From: Nostoc punctiforme PCC 73102
GTDB lineage: Bacteria > Cyanobacteriota > Cyanobacteriia > Cyanobacteriales > Nostocaceae
Assembly (NCBI RefSeq): GCF_000020025.1
Contig: NC_010628.1
Coordinates: 5,790,001 to 5,822,000 of the forward strand
Length of the DNA: 32,000 nt
Direction: 5' to 3'
Position numbers and translations under genes: made by a program. The number at the start of each line of letters is the position of its first letter. Positions within the stretch are counted from its first letter, which is position 1. The notes under the pieces are model-generated. The model saw only the letters and a list, made by a program, of their open reading frames with translations, searched no databases and was not told the DNA's origin. Shown here one piece after another: positions 1 to 6,967 of the stretch.

Positions 1-172
1 TATTGCCTATTGCCTACCCACGTAAGTAAATATGGCTACGCTCCCGTAGGGATACAAAAATCAAAGCAAATTCCTATATACTGTGTAAAGATTGTATCTC
101 CATAGCATCTGTTTAGATAAATACTTTTTTATTTAACAATAATGTGCATCTTTAGTTAGAGGTTTCATACAA

Positions 173-536
173 CACTTTAGTGATGTACTTGAAGCAAGTG
201 TAAGGAGTAGCTGATGAGGAGTGATGAGAAGGAATTTTCTTCACTCCTCATGTTCTTAAAGATATGGTAACTTAAAGCTTCTTTTAAGATTAGGGAAGTC
301 AGAAAACCTGCCGCACCTGACTCAACCTTAAAAAGGCTTCTGATTCTGTCAACACACTTTAGTGATGTACTTGAAGCAAGTGTAAGGAGTAGCTGATGAG
401 GAGTGATGAGAAGGAATTTTCTTCACTCCTCATGTTCTTAAAGATATGGTAACTTAAAGCTTCTTTTAAGATTAGGGAAGTCAGAAAACCTGCTGCACCT
501 GACTCAACCTTAAAAAGGCTTCTGATTCTGTCAACA
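173..536. repeat. Tandem direct duplication, 2 x 182 bp (173-354 and 355-536)
   Basis: Reading both copies base by base shows one difference (ctgccgcacc vs ctgctgcacc). Each unit carries an 11-bp perfect hairpin (ATGAGGAGTGA / TCACTCCTCAT) and an AAGGAG-preceded 18-codon ORF. Confidence 0.95.
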
Positions 537-569
537 TTCCTCCAGAACTACAAGCATCGTCATATACTA
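484..569 (-). pseudogene. hsdM: 3' fragment of an IS-split N6-adenine DNA methyltransferase (HsdM-like) pseudogene, motif I region
   Basis: The minus strand reads (L)VYDDACSSGGMLTESEAFLRLSQVQQVF then a stop at 481-483. DDACSSGGML is a degenerate form of methyltransferase motif I (DPxCGSGG-hydrophobic-L). No motif IV (NPPY/F) follows. Confidence 0.7.
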
Positions 570-1570
570 GAGTTGTCGGGAAATAAAAGATAAGTGAGGC
601 AATGCTGGTCTTGTAATTGGGATTCTCTTAAGCAGCCATCAAGTAGAAGTTCCATAATCCTGCTGCGGTCAGCATCAAATGGTCATCAAAGTTTTCAATC
701 CGATTACGATAAATGACACTGGCGGCGTTGTAGCGCTTCACACCAGCAAAGGCATTTTCGCAAACTACACGGGATTGACTCAATTGACGATTCTCCGTTT
801 TTTGAAGGTCACTTAACTTGCCCCCTTTGGGCTTTTTGTGAGGAAGATGGAGATTGTCATACTGCTTCTGTAATCCCTGAAAGCCCGAGTCTACTTCAAT
901 CGGAATTTCATCAGGCACACTACCTGCAATGTCATCTTCGTCATGAAAACGTTTGTCATGCAGTTTGCCTTCTCGTGCTTTGCTTAAGATCAAGACCCGT
1001 TTGGTTTCATCAACTGCCGCCAAGTGTTTATGCGTATGACGTTTCTTTTTACCGGAGTAATTCTGTTGTTGTTGTTCTCTTTCTTGAGGTCGCGCAATTG
1101 GGCGTTCTGTCCCATCAATCATCACTCGTTGCACTCCTGGAAAGCGTGACAAAAATGCTTCAATGCTTTCGAGATGGCGTTCCGGCAGCGCCATCTTCTG
1201 TCCCAAAGCCGCTTCTAATATTGGCTGCAATCGATGCATCCACTCATGTGCCTGGGAGCGATGCATATCAAAGAGCAGTCCCGCCACATCGAAGGTCGGA
1301 TAACATTTGAAATAGAAAAGGATGAAAAACAATTTGTCTTGGGCTGTAAGTAAGCGGGCTTTGCGTCCTCCACCCAGGCCACGTTGACGAGGCTTGGCCT
1401 GTTGAGTATCTAGGTACATCGTGGTAAACGTGGGCAAAAGGGCATCAAATGCTTTCCGGTTCAACCCAGTTAATGCCCTCAACAGTCGGTCTTGCTTCAG
1501 CGCACCTTCAATATTCAGCATCATTCTTCCCTACCACTGCTGTCTATTCTCTCTTATTTCCCGACAAGTC
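570..1570 (-). mobile_element. Insertion sequence, IS5-superfamily type (DDE_Tnp_4 / Harbinger-like transposase), 1001 bp
   Basis: Terminal inverted repeats are GAGTTGTCGGGAAATAA (570-586) and the reverse complement of 1554-1570 (GACTTGTCGGGAAATAA), matching 16/17. Identical TACTA pentamers flank it at 565-569 and 1571-1575. It holds a single transposase ORF. Confidence 0.85.
628..1524 (-). CDS. DDE transposase (DDE_Tnp_4-like, IS5 family)
   Basis: 298-aa ORF with family-typical motifs: IDGTERPIARPQ, YSGKKKRHTHK, DSGFQGL, and ENAFAGVKRY near the C-terminus. Confidence 0.85.
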   Translation of the reverse strand: MMLNIEGALKQDRLLRALTGLNRKAFDALLPTFTTMYLDTQQAKPRQRGLGGGRKARLLTAQDKLFFILFYFKCYPTFDVAGLLFDMHRSQAHEWMHRLQPILEAALGQKMALPERHLESIEAFLSRFPGVQRVMIDGTERPIARPQEREQQQQNYSGKKKRHTHKHLAAVDETKRVLILSKAREGKLHDKRFHDEDDIAGSVPDEIPIEVDSGFQGLQKQYDNLHLPHKKPKGGKLSDLQKTENRQLSQSRVVCENAFAGVKRYNAASVIYRNRIENFDDHLMLTAAGLWNFYLMAA

Positions 1571-1575
1571 TACTA

Positions 1576-1912
1576 AACAAGTACTGCCTTTAACCTGATT
1601 TTTAACTGGAAAAAATATCAAATTCACCATTAATTTAATAATATCACGAGGGGTAAAGTGTTCTTGTGCTTCTTCGTTATTCTCTGCGTTAAACCCTGTT
1701 GTGCTTCATTCTGTCCAAAATGGCCTTCTTCCAGCACCTTGTAATGCTTAAGAACCTTTTCCTTGTTTGGTTCCAGTAACCAATCCAAACGCCGCAGTAC
1801 CGGCATTGGCAAAATTACATCTCGGTACTTACCGCGTACATAGACATCCCTTTGCATCATCAGCAATATTCCAGATAAAGTTAATAATAGTGTTGTGTGT
1901 CGTGTGACTCAT
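1576..1912 (-). pseudogene. hsdM: 5' fragment of the HsdM-like DNA methyltransferase pseudogene (frameshifted, internally shortened)
   Basis: Three reading frames are needed. They read MSHTTHNTIINFIWNIADD (ATG at 1912), then QRDVYVRGKYRDVILPMPVLRRLDWLLEPNKEKVL, then FNAENNEEAQEHFTPRDIIKLMVNLIFFPVKNQVKGSTCL running into the IS. The N-terminal FIWxxAD..LRG..ILPxxVLRRLD and FTPR (motif X) signatures are typical of type I R-M M subunits and related N6-MTases. Confidence 0.75.
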
Positions 1913-2383
1913 GTTGCCAGTACAGAAGGCAATCGCATGATTCATATTTTGATTCAGCAATGCCATAATTTTTAATGCGATCGCACCTATCACTACAATC
2001 AGCGAGGTTATTATGCTTTGCTGCGATGAGCGATACTTTTGCAGAGTCACTTCGTGAACGCTACAACAGATACCTGCATCAGTTGATCTTCTACTGAGGA
2101 GAATTTGCTGTTGGGAAATGGCATGGTTGAACGTGCTTATAAATGAATGTTTGATGAACACAAAGATTTAAAGGTGTTGGAATGCGGTGGAGTGAGTCCG
2201 GTTTTAATAATTTGTTATATTTACGACTGGCTTGAGTGAATGGACGCTTTTGATAACTTATTTCCATATTCTACTTTGCCCTCCCCTAAGCGCTAGATGT
2301 GTCCTAATGCTTTTAGATGAAAAAATAAATGTATATATAGGTTTCAAAATTATTACTTTTGGATAATTTAATTTCAAATAAAT

Positions 2384-2420
2384 ATCCTTATAAAGGATCA
2401 TATAGGTATTGAATACCTAT
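2384..2420. promoter_or_regulatory. Two adjacent perfect palindromes (candidate operator) in front of the small ORF
   Basis: ATCCTT-ATA-AAGGAT lies at 2384-2398 and ATAGGTATT-G-AATACCTAT at 2402-2420. The 1-nt spacer rules out an RNA hairpin, so a dimeric DNA-binding site is more likely. The palindromes sit 20-55 bp upstream of the ATG at 2440. Confidence 0.4.
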
Positions 2421-2439
2421 GTACGTAAGTGAGGTAATT

Positions 2440-2646
2440 ATGTCAATTATAGCCAAACAACAAGAGTTATTTGTGGAGATACCTTCAGACCAACAGCAAC
2501 ATCTGTCTGGAGGACAATTATTTTCAAGAAGGCGACGTAATAGCGATATGCGAGGAAATCCTGATATTAGAATCACCGGGAATTTGACTACTGCTAATGG
2601 GGATCAAATTCCCATCCTAGTTTTAGGTTTTAGGCTTGACCAATAG
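2440..2646 (+). CDS. Small hypothetical protein (68 aa) with a double-glycine-leader-like N-terminus
   Basis: GTGAGGT is a Shine-Dalgarno-like site 6 nt before the ATG at 2440 (the ORF track starts at an in-frame ATG at 2419, inside the palindrome). The N-terminus reads MSIIAKQQELFVEIPSDQQQHLSGG. An intrinsic terminator lies downstream. No homolog is recognised. Confidence 0.45.
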   Translation: MSIIAKQQELFVEIPSDQQQHLSGGQLFSRRRRNSDMRGNPDIRITGNLTTANGDQIPILVLGFRLDQ

Positions 2647-2796
2647 TAAACTATGACTAGAAGATAGGAGAGCTAAAGCTTTGCAATTCATACGGAAACA
2701 AGACTGATATAATTCACTCAATATAAATTAGTTTTTGAGAGAGTTGTAGTAGTCTTTAATGTTTTGCAAAATCATGAAATAAATGAAATGAAAGCG

Positions 2797-2832
2797 AAAA
2801 GTGGAAGCTATCATTAGCATCCACTTTTTTTT
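2797..2832 (+). terminator. Rho-independent terminator
   Basis: Stem AAAAGTGGA (2797-2805) pairs with TCCACTTTT (2820-2828) over a 14-nt loop, followed by a T-run to 2832. Confidence 0.7.
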
Positions 2833-2960
2833 ACTAGGCGATGAGATTGAGTAAAGGGAAATGAGCAATTTTTTACAGATAGACATGAGCTAAATCTGGA
2901 CTAAAATTAGATATGCAACTAAACGTTTTTTATTAATCTGAAGATATTTAAAAATATAAA

Positions 2961-3155
2961 TTAAATAATTATTGACCTTACTGAATCAGGGGATGCTGGC
3001 TCAAAATGTAACACCATAATTTGCTCTAGGCGTAAACCGACAGATTCATAAGTGCGGCCGTTGCATGGGCGTAGCCCGATGAAGGCATCGCGCCGCCCCA
3101 AGCAAACTTCATGGGTTTTGACAACTTTGAGAATAATCTGTGTATTAGCCTGCAT
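2961..3155 (-). CDS. Small ORF (64 aa), weak HicB/UPF0150-like antitoxin-domain pattern
   Basis: GLRPCNGRTYESVGLRLEQIMVLHFE resembles the HicB core pattern (LPGC..G.T.EE......AI...E). It starts 15 nt after the stop of the upstream nuclease gene. No clear SD is present and no HicA partner was found. Confidence 0.3.
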   Translation of the reverse strand: MQANTQIILKVVKTHEVCLGRRDAFIGLRPCNGRTYESVGLRLEQIMVLHFEPASPDSVRSIII

Positions 3156-3170
3156 TTTAGCTGTTGGAAA

Positions 3171-4280
3171 CTATCTAGCAACGACTTGAGGCTGTTCATA
3201 AGCAGCTACAATTGCCTTGAATTTCTCAGCGTACTGATAAATTTCATTGAGGTTATCGATAGAAACTTTATCCGAAATTCTATTGCCATTTACCTCTTTC
3301 GAGAAGATTTCTAACTTCTTAGACTTTGATTCATTAAAATACAAACGAACAATCGGTTTCCAAGTATTCCCATCAAGCAGAATATTACAGTAGCTAGCTG
3401 TATCTCTGTATGTTATTCTTGCTGGATCTAATACCTGACGTAAAATCGATTTAAGTATGTAATATCCTTCACGCTCGTCATCTGTAAACTCAGATTGTTT
3501 GATGATCGGTTCTGGTTTTATTTCTGGTTCGGGGTTTACAATCTCTGATTTCGTTTTTGAGCGTCCTGCTGCTTCATCTAAAAGGGTTTCAATTTCCTCA
3601 CGAATAAATTCTTGAATAGCCCTTTGCGTATATCCAGTAAACTCATTTTTTAATTGCCCTACAAAATTATTACCAGGGCATAACTCTTTGAAAAAATATT
3701 TAACAAATTCATCACTGGGTGCTTCAACTTGCTTTTTAAGCAGAGTCTTAATACCACCTACATACTTTAATTCCGAGGCGGCTGTAATAGCTTCATCAAT
3801 ATTAAATGCTGATTTTGTTAATTTATATAGTTCGCGGATTGCTAACTCATTTAAATTAAGTAGGTCTAATTCCAAAAATGGAGTTTTATCCATTTTATTA
3901 GGTTTTTCTAAGTCAGCATATAACTTGTAATTTACCCCATCTGTTAGTATACCAATGCGAGCTTCAGTTGCCATGAAGTATGCAAACAACTGGCTCCACT
4001 CATAATCATTCTTAAAATCTGTACCGTAGCGTTTGCATTCAATTAAAATTGCGGGCTGACTATTTTGGAATATTGCATAGTCTAGTTTGTACTTTGTAGC
4101 AGCTCCCACATTTGCATCATACTCAGGCATAACTTCATTTGGATTAAAGGCATCATATCCCAAGATTTGCTGAATAAAAGGCATAATCAGGAAGTGCTTT
4201 GTAGCTTCTTCAGTCTTGATACTACTTAATTTTGTAGGGATTGTAGATGCAAAAGCTTTAACTTGATCAACAAAATCCAT
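3171..4280 (-). CDS. PD-(D/E)xK nuclease-like protein with an HsdR N-terminal-type domain (predicted type IV restriction endonuclease-like)
   Basis: The N-terminus reads TEEATKHFLIMPFIQQILGY...KLDYAIF...AILIECK (D...E-x-K nuclease motif), typical of the HSDR_N_2 / COG4748-type family. ATG at 4280, with GGAG about 10 nt upstream, is preferred over the TTG at 4295 used by the ORF track. Confidence 0.7.
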   Translation of the reverse strand: MDFVDQVKAFASTIPTKLSSIKTEEATKHFLIMPFIQQILGYDAFNPNEVMPEYDANVGAATKYKLDYAIFQNSQPAILIECKRYGTDFKNDYEWSQLFAYFMATEARIGILTDGVNYKLYADLEKPNKMDKTPFLELDLLNLNELAIRELYKLTKSAFNIDEAITAASELKYVGGIKTLLKKQVEAPSDEFVKYFFKELCPGNNFVGQLKNEFTGYTQRAIQEFIREEIETLLDEAAGRSKTKSEIVNPEPEIKPEPIIKQSEFTDDEREGYYILKSILRQVLDPARITYRDTASYCNILLDGNTWKPIVRLYFNESKSKKLEIFSKEVNGNRISDKVSIDNLNEIYQYAEKFKAIVAAYEQPQVVAR

Positions 4281-4731
4281 GATGTGATGCTCCAAGACGT
4301 TTGTTTATAGCTATGTAGGCTATGAAGTTATAATTCACAAAAAACTTGAATAAATAACAGAAATTGGAGTACAACACTGATGGAGCAACGCATCTTATTT
4401 TTATAATGCTTACTGGACAAAGCTTTCAGCCATTATTTAATTTAGTTGCTAAAAATTGAAACCCTAATTGCACACGGCTTTCAGAATTTAAATGCGTTTC
4501 CCCTAACACCAGTGATTTACACCCATTGCAGGGATGAATCGTATAGTATTTCAGCATCTACTCGCAAATCGTCAAATTTAAGTGCATTAAGAGGTTGAGG
4601 ATTTTGAACAAGACATAAAGGATTTGCGGAAGATGGATGGGTAGACTGCGATCGCACTCAGTGATACTTCCCCTATCAATAACCTTGCCGCTACTCTACT
4701 AAGTTTCCTTTTACTCTGATTCAAATTTCCG

Positions 4732-4753
4732 CCAGAAGTCTATTGACTTCTGG
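4732..4753. promoter_or_regulatory. Palindrome overlapping a TTGACT -35-like hexamer upstream of the efflux operon (candidate MarR operator)
   Basis: CCAGAAGT (4732-4739), CTATTG, ACTTCTGG (4746-4753). TCTATTGA recurs about 20 bp downstream. The site is 60-80 bp upstream of the GTG start at 4812. Confidence 0.4.
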
Positions 4754-4811
4754 TAAATCTATTGAGAAGCTAATAGTTAGATTTACTAATTAATAGAAGT
4801 GCATCAAACTT

Positions 4812-5663
4812 GTGACAATACTGACGGGCAAAATAAATCGATCGCAATCTCCTAGCGAACCAAAACCGTTGATTCTGGAAACTCAGGGACTCACTCGCCG
4901 TTTTGGGAAGTTAACCGCAGTTAATAACCTAAGCATATCTGTGGAACAAGGCGAAGTGTTTGGATTGCTTGGCCCCAATGGTGCAGGGAAAAGTACAGTT
5001 CTTAAGATGTTGACAACCTTGCTGCCTATCAGTGCAGGGAAAGCAACCTTAGCTGGCTATGACGTGACTCGTCAACCCAATCCTGTGAGACGGGCTATCG
5101 GCTATGTACCCCAGGCGCTCTCTGCTGATGGTAGTCTCACGGGTTACGAAAATCTCTTAATCTTCGCGAAGCTGTATGGAATACCTGCCAAAGGACGCGA
5201 TCGCCGCATCTATGAAATTCTAGAATATATGGGTTTGCAAGATGCGGCGAAACGCTTGGTACGAAACTACTCTGGTGGGATGATCCGCAAGCTGGAAATC
5301 GGCATATCAGTTCTACATCAACCCCAAATTTTGTTTCTTGATGAGCCGACTGTCGGACTAGATCCTATCGCTCGAACTCAAGTATGGCAGCTTGTATTAC
5401 AACTCTGTGCTGATTACGGCACAACTATATTTTTAACAACCCACTTTTTAGAAGAAGCGGATAGCTTATGTAACCGAGTGGCGATTATGCAGCAAGGTGA
5501 AGTCGTTACTACAGGTACACCAACCGACTTAAAAGCTTCTTTAGATAATCCAAATGCAACTTTGGATGATGTCTTTATTCACTATACAGGCGACCAGCTA
5601 ACATCAGGAGTCAACTACCGTGACACAGCAAGAACCAGACGTACTGCTCAACGGTTGGGTTAA
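4812..5663 (+). CDS. ABC transporter ATP-binding protein (DrrA / ABC-2 subfamily)
   Basis: Walker A GPNGAGKS, signature YSGGMIRKLEIG, Walker B ILFLDEPTVGLD, and a basic RRTAQRLG C-terminus. GTG start. Confidence 0.9.
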   Translation: MTILTGKINRSQSPSEPKPLILETQGLTRRFGKLTAVNNLSISVEQGEVFGLLGPNGAGKSTVLKMLTTLLPISAGKATLAGYDVTRQPNPVRRAIGYVPQALSADGSLTGYENLLIFAKLYGIPAKGRDRRIYEILEYMGLQDAAKRLVRNYSGGMIRKLEIGISVLHQPQILFLDEPTVGLDPIARTQVWQLVLQLCADYGTTIFLTTHFLEEADSLCNRVAIMQQGEVVTTGTPTDLKASLDNPNATLDDVFIHYTGDQLTSGVNYRDTARTRRTAQRLG

Positions 5664-6474
5664 AGCACCACCCACTGTCCGAGTAAATTTGATCTCTGCA
5701 ATTAAAGAGCTAGTTACGAAAACCCTGGCGATCGCTGAATTGGAAATCCGTAAACTCCGCCACGATCCCACTGATTTAGTCGTTCGGGCTGTACAACCAG
5801 CTTTATGGCTGCTAATCTTTGGACAAGTTTTCTCCCGGACTCGCGCAATTCCAACAGGCAACTTACCCTATTTGGACTTCATTTCTGCTGGAATTTTGGC
5901 TCAGAGTATTTTGTTTGTGGCAATTTTTAGTGGTGGAATGACGCTAATCTGGGAGCGAGATTTAGGCATTGTTCATAAATTTTTAGCTAGTCCTACACCC
6001 CGTGTGGCGATGGTGCTGGGCAAAGCCCTAGCATGTGGGGTGAGGTGCTTATCTCAGGTAATATTCATTTACGGATTGTCATTTTTATTAGGTGTCAAAC
6101 TAAATCTTCATCCCCTAGCTATTCTCCAAGTACTTCTGCTAGTCATAATGGGGGCGAGTTCCTTTTGTATTTTTTCATTAATTATTGGCTGTTTGGTGAA
6201 AAGCCGAGAAAGGATGACGGGTATTGGACAATTGTTAACCATGCCGTTATTTTTTGCTAGCAATGCCATCTATCCAATCTCGTTGATGCCCAGTTGGTTA
6301 AAGTTCATTTCCCATTTAAATCCGTTGACTTATCTGGTTGACGGCTTACGCAGCACCATGTTGTTAAACGGCACTAGCATCTATGGCTTTGGTCTGGATT
6401 GTACAATTCTCTTATTAACATTAATAATTTTGGCCATCCTTGGTGGAAAACTTTATCCACGGGTGGCCATGTAA
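5620..6474 (+). CDS. ABC-2 type transporter permease
   Basis: 284 aa, multi-pass hydrophobic, with a 44-nt overlap with the ATPase gene. It shows the typical ABC-2 N-terminal amphipathic segment (LAIAELEIRKLRHDP). Confidence 0.85.
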   Translation: MTQQEPDVLLNGWVKAPPTVRVNLISAIKELVTKTLAIAELEIRKLRHDPTDLVVRAVQPALWLLIFGQVFSRTRAIPTGNLPYLDFISAGILAQSILFVAIFSGGMTLIWERDLGIVHKFLASPTPRVAMVLGKALACGVRCLSQVIFIYGLSFLLGVKLNLHPLAILQVLLLVIMGASSFCIFSLIIGCLVKSRERMTGIGQLLTMPLFFASNAIYPISLMPSWLKFISHLNPLTYLVDGLRSTMLLNGTSIYGFGLDCTILLLTLIILAILGGKLYPRVAM

Positions 6475-6493
6475 CTAGGAGAACAACAAGCCC

Positions 6494-6967
6494 ATGACCT
6501 TGGATAAACCTAATCAAGGTGCAACTTCCGAAGAATGTGCCGCTAGAGTAATGGAAACAGTTCCATTAGTGATGCGGTTTATCCGAGCGGATATGCGTGC
6601 CCATAGTGCCGCTTTTTTATCTATACCTCAGTTGCGATCGCTAGCATTTATCAACCGCAATCCTGGGGCTTCATTATCTGACTTGGCAGAGCATTTAGGT
6701 GTCACCTCTGCCACGGCATCAGCAACCATAGAACGCTTGGTACAACGCGACTTCGTGAAACGGATTGCTCATCCTCAAGAGCGGCGGCGGGTGCTGCTCA
6801 ATTTAACTGAAGATGGAAAACATCATCTCAAGCAATCCCAAGATCAAACTCGCGCTCATATTACCGACTTGTTGAAAGGTCTTTCAGAAGACCAAATTTC
6901 CAACATTGAAGAAGGCTTAACTCTACTAAAAAATGTCTTCGAGAAAACAGAACTCAAAGCCCCATAA
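6494..6967 (+). CDS. MarR family transcriptional regulator
   Basis: 157 aa with a winged-HTH pattern: LSIPQLRSLAFINRNPGASLSDLAEHLGVTSATASATIERLVQRDFVKR...RRRVLLNLTEDG. Confidence 0.9.
   Translation: MTLDKPNQGATSEECAARVMETVPLVMRFIRADMRAHSAAFLSIPQLRSLAFINRNPGASLSDLAEHLGVTSATASATIERLVQRDFVKRIAHPQERRRVLLNLTEDGKHHLKQSQDQTRAHITDLLKGLSEDQISNIEEGLTLLKNVFEKTELKAP

Noticed and set aside
975-1310. A 111-aa plus-strand ORF inside the IS.
   Set aside because: It is antisense to the transposase gene, which has clear family motifs.
1913-2161. The upstream part of the 110-aa ORF 1829-2161 (minus strand).
   Set aside because: Only its last approximately 27 codons (from the ATG at 1912) match the HsdM N-terminus. 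The rest has no similarity and is probably untranslated leader that is read through by chance.
4423-4484. A CRISPR-repeat-like 40-mer, CTTTCAG...ATTGAAAC (4423-4462), with a second CTTTCAG at 4478.
   Set aside because: There is only one full copy. The second CTTTCAG is not followed by a similar sequence. There is no array periodicity and no cas genes.
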